This document shows positions 1 to 10,232 of a DNA stretch of 64,000 bases, one piece after another. A program made the translations under genes and the position numbers. The notes beneath the pieces are model-generated. The model had not been told where the DNA came from, made no database searches, and was given only the letters and a program-made list of their open reading frames with translations. The stretch lies in contig CBDIIB010000005.1 of the NCBI GenBank assembly GCA_965279525.1, positions 672,001-736,000 on the forward strand, in the 5' to 3' direction. This stretch comes from Tagaea sp. GTDB lineage: Bacteria; Pseudomonadota; Alphaproteobacteria; CACIAM-22H2. Each line of letters begins with the position of its first letter. Within the stretch, counting starts at the first letter, position 1.

Positions 1-223
1 GGCCGGCAATGAAGACGCCGGCGGTGCCCGCACCCGTCCAGATCGCGTACGCGGTCCCGAGCGGCAGGTCGCGCACGGCAAGGCCGAGGAAGACGACGCT
101 CGCGACCATGCCGGCGACGGTCAGGCTCCAGACCACCGTACCCGGTGCCGTGGCCGCCTGCTTGAGCCCGATGGCCCAGCCGACTTCGAACAGTGCCGCA
201 ATCGCGAGATAGAACCAGGCCAT
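1..223 (-). CDS. SMR/DMT family small multidrug efflux transporter (SugE/Gdx-like), truncated by the window edge
   Basis: Manual translation from ATG at 223: MAWFYLAIAALFEVGWAIGLK...LPLGTAYAIWTGAG, with the TM1 Glu and the P.GTAYA.WTG.G SMR motif. Not in the ORF track because it is open-ended. Confidence 0.9.
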   Translation of the reverse strand, partial: MAWFYLAIAALFEVGWAIGLKQAATAPGTVVWSLTVAGMVASVVFLGLAVRDLPLGTAYAIWTGAGTAGVFIAG

Positions 224-242
224 GGCGCGCCCCTTCCGGCGT

Positions 243-1094
243 TCAGGAAACGGCCGGATCGAGCAGGACCGAGTCGAGAAAGCGCGAGATCCGCGCATGC
301 CCGTCCTCGGAAAGCTCGACGAAGGCGCGTCTGCGGTCGCTCTGGTCGGGAACGCGATGGACGAGGCCGCGCGAGACCAGGTCGTCGATCCGCCGCAACG
401 CCGTCGTCTGGGGAATCCCGGACGACAGGCACAGGTTCGATATCGAAACGCGCTGGCCGGTGATCTGGGAGTGATAGAGATCGAGCATCATGAACCAGAG
501 GGGTTCGTCGAATTCCGCAGGCGGCAGATGCGCATCGCGCAGCTTGCGGATCGACATGAAGTGGTTCGCTTTGCGAAGCCGGTCGCCGGCTCCGGTCGCG
601 GCCGGAGCCGGTGCTGCCTTGCCGCCGAGAATGAAGGATTTGAACTGCTCGACGATCTGCGCGAGATCCCGCGCGGCGGCACCGTCCAGCACGCGCCCTT
701 CCATTTCCTGGCGGTAATCGTCGGCCGCCTTGCGCACGGCGGCAAGCAGCTCGGCGGCCTCGACCGGCTTGGCAAGGAACTCCACCGCACCGAGGCGCAG
801 CGCTTCGACCGTGACCGCCACGTCCGCATAGCCGGTGCAGAAGATGATCCGGGCCATCCGGCCGCGATTGCCGATGGCGCGCAGCCCGCGCACGAACTCG
901 ATCCCGGAACGGCGCGGCATCCGGATGTCCGTCACCACGACGCCGATCTTCGGATCCTCGGCGAAGATGTTGATGGCCGCGGTCACGTCGTGCGCCTCGA
1001 CGACGGCAAGACCGGTGCGCGCTATGAGCGTCGCGAGCTCGGCCGCGATTTCGGGTTCGTCGTCGACGATCAGGATTTTGGGCTGGTCTGGCAT
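243..1094 (-). CDS. Response regulator (REC domain plus C-terminal winged-helix/MarR-like domain)
   Basis: ILIVDDE, VTDIRMP and FLAKP receiver motifs; C-terminal SISNLCLSSGIPQTTALRRIDDLVSRGLV...DRRR wHTH. Start at 1094 (ATG) or 1106. Confidence 0.88.
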   Translation of the reverse strand: MPDQPKILIVDDEPEIAAELATLIARTGLAVVEAHDVTAAINIFAEDPKIGVVVTDIRMPRRSGIEFVRGLRAIGNRGRMARIIFCTGYADVAVTVEALRLGAVEFLAKPVEAAELLAAVRKAADDYRQEMEGRVLDGAAARDLAQIVEQFKSFILGGKAAPAPAATGAGDRLRKANHFMSIRKLRDAHLPPAEFDEPLWFMMLDLYHSQITGQRVSISNLCLSSGIPQTTALRRIDDLVSRGLVHRVPDQSDRRRAFVELSEDGHARISRFLDSVLLDPAVS

Positions 1095-1134
1095 CAAGCG
1101 ACTCAATCGCGCCGTCCGAAGCGCTTGTCAACGG

Positions 1135-3297
1135 TCATTGGGCGGCCGCCCCGGCAAGCGCTCTCGACGCGCCCTTGTCGAGCAGGACCGTGAACTCGAC
1201 GATCGCTCCCCGGTCGGCATTGCGGATCGCGATCTCGCCGCCGAACGACTGCACGATGGTGCGGCAGATCGGAAGGCCGAGACCCGTCCCGCGCCCGACC
1301 GGCTTGGTCGTGAAATACGGCTCGAATGCCCGCGCCGACGCCTCGCCCGACAGGCCGGGCCCCGTATCCGACACCGTCACGCGGAAATGCGTGCCGTCGC
1401 CGAGTGCTGCGCCATCCACGACGATCTCGCCGCGGATTTCCGCTTCGTCCTTGCTGCCGCCGGAAACGATCGCGTCGCGCGCGTTCAGCAGCAGGTTGAC
1501 GGCCAGCTGCTCGAAGAGCAGACGGTCGCCCCGGACGAAATATGCGCCGGACACGCGGCTCGACACGCGCACGCCGTCGATCCGCAACTGGTCGGCGACG
1601 AACTCCTCGGCCGCGCGGATCGCTTCCGCGACGGCAAAACGGGCCGACGGATTGGCGCCGGCACCCGAGATATAGCGGCGCAGGCGGTCAAGAATGCCGG
1701 CGGCCCGCCCCACCTGCTGATCGATCCGGTCGAGCTTTCCGGAAACGTCGCCGGCAGAACCTGCCTGACCAAGCATCTGCCGGACATTCGAGCAGGCCAG
1801 ACCGATGACGTTGAGCGGCTGGTTGAGCTCGTGCACGATCGACGCGGCGATCTCGCCCAAGGAAGCGACTTTCTCGCTGCGGATTGCCGTCATTTCGCTG
1901 CGTCGGCGTGCCGTCACGTCGATGCCGACGCCGATGAAGGAGCGTGAACCCGCGACCGTCTTGTCGTCGGCGCTCCATATCCACAGGAACGAGCGCTGTT
2001 CGCCACGCGCATCGAGGAGATCCTGCTCGAACGAGACCGGTGCGGTTTCCGAAGCCCGGATGCGTTCGAGGAACAGTCCGGATGCGCCTTCCGTCGCGAA
2101 ACCGAGCATCGACCGGATGTGGGCGCCGCCGGCCGGCGCAGGGTCGGCGCCGGCAAACAGTTCGGCGCACCGTGTATTGGCGAAGTGCACGCGTCCGTCG
2201 CTCCCCACGGCGAGCAGCAACGCGTCGGATCTGTCGAGCAGGGCGCCGATGACGGCCATCCGTCGCGACAGCTCGCCCATGATGGTCCGCGACATGGCCG
2301 CTTCGTGCCGGCGCTTGAGCACGTGGACGATCGCGAGCGCGCTGAGACCTGTCAGCACGGTGCATATCCACGCGACTTTCCGAAGAAAATCGATCCCTTC
2401 CGATAGGATCGACGTTTCTCCGTGTACCGCGACGCCGACATAGACGACCAGGTCGTATTCCGGAAGCGTGCGGAAGGCGATGAACCGCTCGACGCCGTCG
2501 CTCTGGCCGATGCCACGGCCGGTCCCCGACCCTTCCTTCAGTATCCGGGCGAAAAACGGCGTGCCGGCATAGGAGCCTGCGACCGGCTGCACCGGACCCG
2601 AACGCAGCCGGATCGCGCCGTCGCGTCCGACAAGACTGATGACGTCCTGGTTGCGCACGCGCGTGCGCGAGATGAACCGGTCATAGTACTCGGCATCGAG
2701 GGATACGACGACGACACCCTGGAACGTCCCGTCCGGTCCGGCGATCCGGCGCGTCAACAGCAGCGACTCCCGGTTCGAGGTCCGCCTGACCACCGGAGTG
2801 CTGAGATGCGCCCGATCTCCGGACTGGCCCATGTGGAACTGCACATAGGTGCGGTCGCGGACATCGAGACCGACAGCAGTCTGGTCGCCCGTCGTCGCGG
2901 CGATCCGCCCTTCGGAATCGATGATCCAGTACTGGACCGCGATGGCGTTGCGCGCGTACTGGGTTTCGCGCCAACCGCGCAGGTCGACGCCCGTCCCGCT
3001 TCGCCGGTACACATCTCGCAACATCAACAAGTCCTGATCGAAATTCGTCAGCGTCTGCTCGACAAATTCTTCAACCAAGTCGGCGTAGATCTGCGCCTGG
3101 TTCTGCGACTGCTTCTCGCCCGTCGCCTCGATCTCCCGCGTTCCGGCGACGATGAAGAACCAGACAAATCCGATAAGCGTCAGCCACAGACCGACGACGA
3201 GGGAGTATTGCATCCACCCCGCCGACCGGGCGGCCGCCGCGCCCACGGCGGGTCGCGCGGTCAGCAAAGGCCAGATCGGAAGCCTGAAGGCTCGCAT
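1135..3297 (-). CDS. Membrane sensor histidine kinase (Cache-like periplasmic domain, PAS, HisKA, HATPase)
   Basis: Two TM segments; H-box IVHELNQPL, N-box NLLLNARDA, DTGPG, FEPYFTTK and GTGLGL. Start uncertain (3297-3366). Confidence 0.92.
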   Translation of the reverse strand: MRAFRLPIWPLLTARPAVGAAAARSAGWMQYSLVVGLWLTLIGFVWFFIVAGTREIEATGEKQSQNQAQIYADLVEEFVEQTLTNFDQDLLMLRDVYRRSGTGVDLRGWRETQYARNAIAVQYWIIDSEGRIAATTGDQTAVGLDVRDRTYVQFHMGQSGDRAHLSTPVVRRTSNRESLLLTRRIAGPDGTFQGVVVVSLDAEYYDRFISRTRVRNQDVISLVGRDGAIRLRSGPVQPVAGSYAGTPFFARILKEGSGTGRGIGQSDGVERFIAFRTLPEYDLVVYVGVAVHGETSILSEGIDFLRKVAWICTVLTGLSALAIVHVLKRRHEAAMSRTIMGELSRRMAVIGALLDRSDALLLAVGSDGRVHFANTRCAELFAGADPAPAGGAHIRSMLGFATEGASGLFLERIRASETAPVSFEQDLLDARGEQRSFLWIWSADDKTVAGSRSFIGVGIDVTARRRSEMTAIRSEKVASLGEIAASIVHELNQPLNVIGLACSNVRQMLGQAGSAGDVSGKLDRIDQQVGRAAGILDRLRRYISGAGANPSARFAVAEAIRAAEEFVADQLRIDGVRVSSRVSGAYFVRGDRLLFEQLAVNLLLNARDAIVSGGSKDEAEIRGEIVVDGAALGDGTHFRVTVSDTGPGLSGEASARAFEPYFTTKPVGRGTGLGLPICRTIVQSFGGEIAIRNADRGAIVEFTVLLDKGASRALAGAAAQ

Positions 3298-3454
3298 GGG
3301 ATGAGGATGGCCGCCCCTTGCGTTCCGGACAACCGGATTCGCGCGTCTGTGCCCTTCCGCCGGCAAGGTTAGATTTGCTCACCGGCCGGACCAGATTAAC
3401 TCGTTTGCCGCCCGTCCCGTCGTGCGCGAACCTGCTTATCAGGAGGTACGAGGC

Positions 3455-3652
3455 ATGGCACAGATCCGGACATTTCCCCTACGGCAAGCATTTCGTCCCG
3501 ACCCCGAGCCGCCGCTGGCCGAACTGATCGACGATCCCGTCACCCAGGCGGTGATGCGGCGCGACGGCGTCACGCGCGAGGCGCTGGTCCGGATGCTCGA
3601 GTCCGCGCGAAGCCGGATCGCGACGCCACCGATGACGCGCTGCTGCGCCTAG
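3455..3652 (+). CDS. Small hypothetical protein
   Basis: AGGAGG upstream of ATG 3455; EPPLAELIDDPVTQAVMRRDGV resembles a common small alphaproteobacterial protein motif. Confidence 0.7.
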   Translation: MAQIRTFPLRQAFRPDPEPPLAELIDDPVTQAVMRRDGVTREALVRMLESARSRIATPPMTRCCA

Positions 3653-3658
3653 TCGCGT

Positions 3659-3907
3659 TCAGGCGCGATCGGAAGCGGCCGGCTCGACAAGTCGCGCCAC
3701 AAGCCGGCGTACGATCGGGCCGAAGACGAGGATCGCGGGAAACGCGGCCGCCCAGGAGATCATCCACGAGCCGAACCATCGTGCCGGCATGCCGGGCACG
3801 AAGCCGATCGCGAGGACTGTCGCGATCAGGCTGACGATCGACGTCATCATGAAGGTAAGGATCAGTCCGAACAGGACCGACGCCATCCGGTTCGGCAGGC
3901 GGCGCAT
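3659..3907 (-). CDS. DUF2798-like small membrane protein
   Basis: MMTSIVSLIAT...WFGSWMISWAAAFP...PIVRRLV pattern. Confidence 0.8.
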   Translation of the reverse strand: MRRLPNRMASVLFGLILTFMMTSIVSLIATVLAIGFVPGMPARWFGSWMISWAAAFPAILVFGPIVRRLVARLVEPAASDRA

Positions 3908-4090
3908 CGCGTGAATTCCGGCTTTTGTTCCGATTTCCGGACCGGCACTCGCTGCCGGCCCGGGCGATGAGATTGGCTCATTTCCCGGTGAATGGAAAGC
4001 ATCGCCGATGTACATCGCGACACTTTCGTTTGCGGTATACATCTTGCTTAATGTTCGTAAGCATTCGCTTCAACCGAACAGGAGGCCCCG

Positions 4091-4930
4091 ATGAAGTCCG
4101 CACGTGTTCTGCTTGGCGCATTGGCCGCGATCGCGTTGGCGATCCAGACCTCCGCCGCATTCGCCCAGACATGCCAGCCCGCCGTGACGCCGCCGCGCAT
4201 CGCGACCGCCGGCAAACTGGTGCTTTCGATCAATCCGGTTCTTCCGCCCATGCAGTTTGTCGACGAGCGCGGCGTGCTGCGCGGCCTGAACGTCGAGCTC
4301 GCCGACGAGATTTCCAAGCGCCTCTGCCTGACGCCGGAGCATATCCGCATCGATTTCCAGGCGATGGTCCCGGGCCTGCAGGCCGGGCGCTGGGACGTGA
4401 TCAACACCGGCATCTTCTGGACCGAAGAGCGCTCGAAGATCATGTATCTCGTGAATTACGGCAGCCAGGCCGTCAGCGTGCTGACCCCGAAGGGCAATCC
4501 GCAGAATGTGCGCGCGATCGACGATCTCGCGGGCAAGAGCATCGCGGTGGAAACCGGGACCTACGCCGAGCGCAAGCTGCGCGACTTCAACACCGACTTC
4601 CAGGCACGCGGCCTGAAACAGATGACCATCCGCACCTTCAACACCGGTGCGGAAGGCTATCAGGCGCTTGCAGCCGGGCAGGTCGATCTTTCCGGCAGCA
4701 TCGACATCACTGCCGCCGAGATAGCACAGCGCAGCGACATGGTCTGGGCGATCAAGGGCGTCGGGGGCGCTCCCATCGCCTTCGCGTTCCGCGACAAGGC
4801 GCTGGCCGATGCCTTCGCGGGCATCCTCAACGCGATGAAGGCGGACGGAACCTACGACCGGCTGATGGACAAGTACGGGTTCGCCAAGCACGCCGGACAG
4901 TTCCAGATCAACGGCCCCGGCCCGCAGTAG
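4091..4930 (+). CDS. Amino-acid ABC transporter substrate-binding protein (family 3)
   Basis: GGAGG RBS, signal peptide, GLQAGRWDV, TEER, MKADGTYDRL. Confidence 0.92.
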   Translation: MKSARVLLGALAAIALAIQTSAAFAQTCQPAVTPPRIATAGKLVLSINPVLPPMQFVDERGVLRGLNVELADEISKRLCLTPEHIRIDFQAMVPGLQAGRWDVINTGIFWTEERSKIMYLVNYGSQAVSVLTPKGNPQNVRAIDDLAGKSIAVETGTYAERKLRDFNTDFQARGLKQMTIRTFNTGAEGYQALAAGQVDLSGSIDITAAEIAQRSDMVWAIKGVGGAPIAFAFRDKALADAFAGILNAMKADGTYDRLMDKYGFAKHAGQFQINGPGPQ

Positions 4931-4934
4931 GCCG

Positions 4935-5633
4935 ATGCGCGGATTCGACTGGAACGCATTCTTCGGATATCTCCCGAACCTGTATCTCCTCGAAGGCGTC
5001 GTCACGACGGTCTGGCTGACCGTCGCGGCGATCGCCGGCGGGTTCTTCGTCGGGCTGGCGCTCGCACTTGCCGTCGCGTCCGGATTCCGGCCGGCAGTCA
5101 GTGCGGCGAACGCCTATGTCTGGATCTTCCGCGGCACGCCGCTCCTCATCCAGCTGATCATCATCTATACCGGCCTGCCGCGCCTCGGGCTCAAGTTCTC
5201 GGTGATCGAATCGGCGCTCATCGGCCTGATCCTCAACGAGGGCGCCTATCTTTCGGAAATCATCCGCGCCGGCTTCCTGTCGGTGCCCAAGGGCCAGCGG
5301 GAGGCGGCGCGTTCGCTCGGGCTGTCGCCGTGGCACACGCTGCGCTTCGTCACGATGCCGCAGGCCATGCGGCTGATCGTGCCGCCGCTGGGCAACAGCG
5401 TGAACAGCCTCCTGAAGGCGACGTCGATCACGTCCGTCATCTCGATGGAAGAGCTGCTGCGCCGCGGGCAGGTGCTGATCCAGCTGCGTTTCGAAGTGCT
5501 GGAGATCTTCAGCGTCTGTGCGTTCTACTATCTCGTGCTCACCTCGCTGTGGGACATCGTCCAGCGCCGGCTCGAGCGGAACTTCGGGCGCGCCTATGCC
5601 GAGACGCGCCCGCCGCAACGTGACCAGGCCTAG
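4935..5633 (+). CDS. Amino-acid ABC transporter permease
   Basis: FRGTPLLIQL, AYLSEIIRAG, GQREAARSLG (EAA loop). Confidence 0.93.
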   Translation: MRGFDWNAFFGYLPNLYLLEGVVTTVWLTVAAIAGGFFVGLALALAVASGFRPAVSAANAYVWIFRGTPLLIQLIIIYTGLPRLGLKFSVIESALIGLILNEGAYLSEIIRAGFLSVPKGQREAARSLGLSPWHTLRFVTMPQAMRLIVPPLGNSVNSLLKATSITSVISMEELLRRGQVLIQLRFEVLEIFSVCAFYYLVLTSLWDIVQRRLERNFGRAYAETRPPQRDQA

Positions 5634-5651
5634 AACCGGACCGGGAGCATC

Positions 5652-6809
5652 ATGAGCACGACACGACGCATCGAGAGCATCCCGCTTGGCGACACCGTTC
5701 CGGGCATGCGGCGCACGCTGAAGGTCCTGCGTTACGGCAAGCCGGGTGCCCGGCCCAAGGCCTATCTGCAGGCCGCGATCCACGCCTGCGAGATGACGGG
5801 CACCGTGGCACTCGCAGCACTTGCCGACCTGCTGGATGCGGCCGAAGCGAAGGGGCAGATCAAGGGCGAGATCGTCGTCCTGCCGATGTGCAATCCGATC
5901 GGCTATGGCCAGTTCCTTTTCGGCGAACAGTCCGGCCGCTTCGAGCACGGCGGACGGGACAATTTCAACCGCGGGCACTACGAGATCTCGGATGCGGTCG
6001 CGCAGGCGGTCGAAGGGAAACTCGGCGCCGACCCTGCCGCCAACGTCGCGACGATCCGGCGCGCGGCCCTCGACGTGATCGCCTCGATCCCGGTCATCAG
6101 CGACATGACGAGCTGGCGCACGAAGCTGCTCGCGATGGCGATCGACGCCGACCTCGCGTTCGACATCCATTCCGATCTCGACGCGGCCGTGTTCATGTAC
6201 GTGAACAAGGACGATTGGCCGGGTGCGACGGACGTGGCGGGCTTCCTCGGCTGCGCGGCGACGGTCCTGAACGCGCCCTATACCGCGTCGACCAACTTCT
6301 CGGGCGTGGTCGGCTCGCTTTGGCCGCGGCTGGCCGAGCGGTTCGGCCCCGCCATACCGGTCCCCAACGCGTGCACGGCCGTGCTGCTCGAACTTCGCGG
6401 CCGCCACAGCGTGTCGCACGAGCTGGCGCAGGCCGACGCGCGGCGGTTCTTCGCGCTCCTGCAGCATCGCGGCATGATCGCGGGCGATCCCGGGCCGATG
6501 CCCGCCCTGCTCGCACCGGCCACGCCGATCCTGGGCATGGACGTGGGCTATGCGCCGTTCGCGGGGCCTGCGGTCTACCATGTGCGGCCGGGTACCCGCG
6601 TGAGCGAGGGAACCGCGATCTGCGACGTCCTCGACCCGCTGGCCGAAACGCCGGAGGCCCGGTGTGCCACGCTGCGCGCGCGGACATCGGGCATGCTCTA
6701 TGCCCGGCCCATCGACGGAATGGTCGTCTATCCCGGTCAGGTCATGTTCCGGATCGCCGGCCCCGAGCCGCTGGCACACCGCATGGGAAGATCCTGGCTC
6801 GACGACTGA
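5652..6809 (+). CDS. Succinylglutamate desuccinylase/aspartoacylase (M14) family hydrolase
   Basis: QAAIHACE, CNPIG, NFNR, DIHSD and ELRG zinc/catalytic motifs. Confidence 0.88.
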   Translation: MSTTRRIESIPLGDTVPGMRRTLKVLRYGKPGARPKAYLQAAIHACEMTGTVALAALADLLDAAEAKGQIKGEIVVLPMCNPIGYGQFLFGEQSGRFEHGGRDNFNRGHYEISDAVAQAVEGKLGADPAANVATIRRAALDVIASIPVISDMTSWRTKLLAMAIDADLAFDIHSDLDAAVFMYVNKDDWPGATDVAGFLGCAATVLNAPYTASTNFSGVVGSLWPRLAERFGPAIPVPNACTAVLLELRGRHSVSHELAQADARRFFALLQHRGMIAGDPGPMPALLAPATPILGMDVGYAPFAGPAVYHVRPGTRVSEGTAICDVLDPLAETPEARCATLRARTSGMLYARPIDGMVVYPGQVMFRIAGPEPLAHRMGRSWLDD

Positions 6810-6812
6810 AGC

Positions 6813-7805
6813 CTAGGGCCGGCGGAACCTAGCAAGCCGCAAGGCGGCGTCGGCGTTTACGGCATAATCCGGCATCTCGCCCCGGCCAAGCGATGCCACC
6901 TGCCGCACGGTGTCGAAGGCCTGATGCGAGACGGCCTGGGACGTCAACCCGCCGACATGCGGGGTGGCGATCACCTTGGGATGTGCCGCGACTTCCGGTG
7001 ACGGCATCTGGTCTGGCGCCATGCCGACATCGACGGCCGCGCCTGCGAGGTGGCCGGCGTCGAGGGAAGCGAGCAAGGCGGCTTCGTCGACAAGTTCGCC
7101 GCGGGCGAGATTGACGAAGAACGCGCCACGCCCCATCGCCGCAAATGCGGCGGCCCCCATCAGATTCCGGGTCTCCGGCAATGCCGGCGCCAGGCACACG
7201 ACGAACCGCGAGCGGCGCAGCAGCTCGGCCAGCTCGACGCGCTCGATGCCTTCGGGAACCGCGTCGGGATCGGGGTCGGCGGCAAGGACGGTCATGCCGA
7301 GCGTGCGCGCGATCGCACCCAGCCTGCGGCCGATGGCACCGCATCCCACGATGCCAAGCGTGGCGCCGGCAAGCTGGATGCCCATCCGGATGTCCGGCGC
7401 ACGGCCAGCCCGATATGCCGACACCGCCGCGCTGGTCCCGCGGCCGAGATCCACCATGCAGCCGATGGCGAGCTCCGCGACCGAATCGACGAATCCGGCC
7501 GAGGCACGCGTGACCAGCACGCCGGCAGCACTCGCCGCCACGACGTCGACATTGCGGATATCCATCGCGCAGCGCACGAAGGCGACCAGATGCGGCGAGC
7601 GGTCGAACAGCATCGCGGGAGCCGCTGTCTGACGGTCCGATACGATGACCTCGCAACCGCCGGCGATCTCGACCAGTGCCGCGGCCCCGAGCGGCTCTGC
7701 CGTCGGGTTGAGGCGGACGTCGCCCAACCGGCGCAACTCGGCAAGCGCCGCTTCGCCGTAGTAGCGGGTGCGCGCGTCCGGGGTATGGGTGAGCAGGATG
7801 CGCAA
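6813..7805 (-). CDS. D-isomer-specific 2-hydroxyacid dehydrogenase family
   Basis: GIVGCGAIG, NLARGELVDE, AAVDV, TPHVGG. Confidence 0.9.
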   Translation of the reverse strand: MRILLTHTPDARTRYYGEAALAELRRLGDVRLNPTAEPLGAAALVEIAGGCEVIVSDRQTAAPAMLFDRSPHLVAFVRCAMDIRNVDVVAASAAGVLVTRASAGFVDSVAELAIGCMVDLGRGTSAAVSAYRAGRAPDIRMGIQLAGATLGIVGCGAIGRRLGAIARTLGMTVLAADPDPDAVPEGIERVELAELLRRSRFVVCLAPALPETRNLMGAAAFAAMGRGAFFVNLARGELVDEAALLASLDAGHLAGAAVDVGMAPDQMPSPEVAAHPKVIATPHVGGLTSQAVSHQAFDTVRQVASLGRGEMPDYAVNADAALRLARFRRP

Positions 7806-7815
7806 CAGGAGGCCG

Positions 7816-8874
7816 CTAGCTGCGCCGCTTGCCGTGGCCGTTTGCCCTGCTTGGTGCCGCGACGGACCCGCGCAGCAGCATCGACGGCGCGAAGCGGAAC
7901 TCCGCCGGCGGGGTCTCCGGCTGTTTGAGGCGCAGCATGATGCGGTCGACCATCGTGCGCGCCAGTTCGGGCAAAGGCAGGCGCACTGTCGTCAATGGCG
8001 GCGAAGTGAACGCACCCAGCGGAATCCCGTCCATGCCGACGACGGAAGCGTCCGAGGGAACCCGGATACCGCACCGGGCAAGACCCGAGATCAGTCCGAT
8101 CGCCATCATGTCGTTTATCGCGATCGCTGCGGTCGGCCGGTCGGGATGGCGCGCGAACGGCTCCGCAAGGCCCTGCCCCAATTCGGCCATTTCCGCATCT
8201 GCGTAGATCGACGCGACGGCTCCCTCGATCACCACGCCCTTGAGGCCGCCCTCGCGGATCGCGGCAAGGAAACCCTTGCGCTTTTCGGCACGGCTGAAGG
8301 TCCAGATCTTCGGCGTCAGGAACGCGATCGTGCGATGGCCGGTCGCCGCCAGATGCTCGACCGCGAGACGCACGCCGGCGGCATTGTCCGCCGAGACATA
8401 ATCGAGGATCGGCCGCGCGTCGCGCCGCGTGTGGCTGTCGTAGCTGACCGCGACAAGACCGCGCTTGGCCGGCGCTTCGAGATGGCTCTCGTCGGCAAGC
8501 GAGGAGATGACGATCACGCCGCGCACGCCCTGTGCGGTCATGTCGTCGATGAAGGCGCGCTCATGGCGGGGGTCTCGGTTGGTGTTTCCGACGATGACGC
8601 GGAACCCGTAGCGGCGCGACTCCGTCTCGATCTCCCGCGCGAGCATGCCGTAGCTGGGGTTGCCGAGCGAGGGGACGAGCAGGCCGATCATCGACGCCTC
8701 GCCCGTCTTCAGTTGCCGGGCCGCGAGATTCGGGCGGTAGCCGAGCTGCGACATCGCCTTCTCGACGCGCGCCAGGGTCGCCTCGCCCATGCGGCCGGTC
8801 CGGCCGTTGAGAACGTTGGAGACCGTCGAGATCGAGACCTTGGCCAGCCTGGCCACGTCGGTGATGGTCGTCAT
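7816..8874 (-). CDS. LacI family transcriptional regulator
   Basis: MTTITDVARLAKVSISTVSNVLN HTH, YRPNLAARQLK, LTTV; true start is ATG 8874 inside the longer ORF. Confidence 0.93.
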   Translation of the reverse strand: MTTITDVARLAKVSISTVSNVLNGRTGRMGEATLARVEKAMSQLGYRPNLAARQLKTGEASMIGLLVPSLGNPSYGMLAREIETESRRYGFRVIVGNTNRDPRHERAFIDDMTAQGVRGVIVISSLADESHLEAPAKRGLVAVSYDSHTRRDARPILDYVSADNAAGVRLAVEHLAATGHRTIAFLTPKIWTFSRAEKRKGFLAAIREGGLKGVVIEGAVASIYADAEMAELGQGLAEPFARHPDRPTAAIAINDMMAIGLISGLARCGIRVPSDASVVGMDGIPLGAFTSPPLTTVRLPLPELARTMVDRIMLRLKQPETPPAEFRFAPSMLLRGSVAAPSRANGHGKRRS

Positions 8875-8939
8875 GCGCGTGTTCTTCGGTTCATGGTGAC
8901 GCGTCCGGATCCTGGGCCATTCGAGACCCGGACCATCCT

Positions 8940-10232
8940 CTACCCCAGGACCATGCGTGGAATCCACGATGCCAGTTCGGGAAACAGCACGACCAAGACG
9001 AGAACGGCGACTTCTGCGGCAATGAAGGCCCAGCAATACCGGATTGTTTCGCTGTACGAGCATCCGGCGATGCTGGTCGCGACGAACAGCAGGACCGCGA
9101 CCGGCGGCGTGGTCGAGCCGATCTGCGTCGCCATCACCATCAGCAGGCCGAGATGGAAATCGTCGATGCCGAACTTGCGCCCGATGATGACGGCGACCGG
9201 GATCATGATGATCAGGATCGCCATCGAATCGACGAACATCGTCAGGACCAGCATCACTGCCATCAGGATCAGCAGCACGGCGATCCTGGTTCCGGCGACT
9301 GACGTGATTCCGGACAGCACCGCGTCGTTGAAGTTCAGGTACGAGAGCAGCCAGCCGAACGCCCCGGCCACGCCGATGATCCCCGACACCAGCGCCGTCG
9401 TGATCCCGGCCTGGATGAAGATCTCGGGAAGGTCGCTCAGCTTGACGGTGCGGTAGACGAAGAAGCCGATGAAGAAGCTGTAGAAACACGCGACGACGCC
9501 CGCTTCCGTCGCGGTGAAGACGCCGCCGAGGATGCCGCCGAGCACGAGCACCGGTGCCAGCAGTGCCGGCCACACGAGGACCGCGGCGCGCATCACGACG
9601 GCCAGGACGAACCGGCCCGACGTGCGGCGCAACTCCGGATAGTCGGGGTGTCTCGAATAGATCGCGATGACGATCATCAGGCCGATGCCGATCAGGATGC
9701 CCGGAATGATGCCGCCCAGGAACAGTCCGCCGATCGACACGTTGGCCATCGATCCGTAGACGATCATCGTCATGCTGGGCGGGATGATGGCGCCGATCGT
9801 GCCGGCACACGCGACGAGGGCTGCCGCGAAGCCGGGCTTGTAGCCGCGCGACTTCATCGCGGGAACAAGGATCGAGCCGATCGCGGACGTGTCGGCGACG
9901 GAGGAACCGGACACGCCGGCGAAGATCATGCTCGAGACGACCGAGGCGTGGCCGAGGCCGCCGCGCCAGTGCCCGACGGCCGCTTCCGCGAACTCGACAA
10001 GACGCTTGGAAATGCCGCCGCGCGAGATCAGTTCGCCGGCCAGGATGAAGTAGGGCAGCGCCAGCAGGCTGAAATTGTCCAGCATGGCGAACATCTTCTG
10101 GGGAAACAGCGCCGGCACCAGATTGGGCTCGAGAAGGATGCCGGCAAGGCCGACGATCCCCATCACCAGCAGGATGGGGATGCCCAGCGTGATGAGGCCC
10201 AGCAGGAAGGCGAAGAGCAGGACGAGCATCAT
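8940..10232 (-). CDS. TRAP transporter large permease (DctM)
   Basis: LALPYFILAG, SGSSVAD, IIPPS, GVFTATEA, TPPV. Confidence 0.94.
   Translation of the reverse strand: MMLVLLFAFLLGLITLGIPILLVMGIVGLAGILLEPNLVPALFPQKMFAMLDNFSLLALPYFILAGELISRGGISKRLVEFAEAAVGHWRGGLGHASVVSSMIFAGVSGSSVADTSAIGSILVPAMKSRGYKPGFAAALVACAGTIGAIIPPSMTMIVYGSMANVSIGGLFLGGIIPGILIGIGLMIVIAIYSRHPDYPELRRTSGRFVLAVVMRAAVLVWPALLAPVLVLGGILGGVFTATEAGVVACFYSFFIGFFVYRTVKLSDLPEIFIQAGITTALVSGIIGVAGAFGWLLSYLNFNDAVLSGITSVAGTRIAVLLILMAVMLVLTMFVDSMAILIIMIPVAVIIGRKFGIDDFHLGLLMVMATQIGSTTPPVAVLLFVATSIAGCSYSETIRYCWAFIAAEVAVLVLVVLFPELASWIPRMVLG

Noticed and set aside
224-242. Guanidine riboswitch upstream of the SMR gene
   Set aside because: The intergenic space is only 19 bp.
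7768-9810. Long alternative-frame and antisense ORFs (for example 7768-9456 +, 21700-23211 +, 42415-44013 -)
   Set aside because: Shadow ORFs of well-supported genes in high-GC DNA, with Arg/Ala/Pro-rich low-information translations. The 664-aa ORF is LacI plus a spurious upstream extension.
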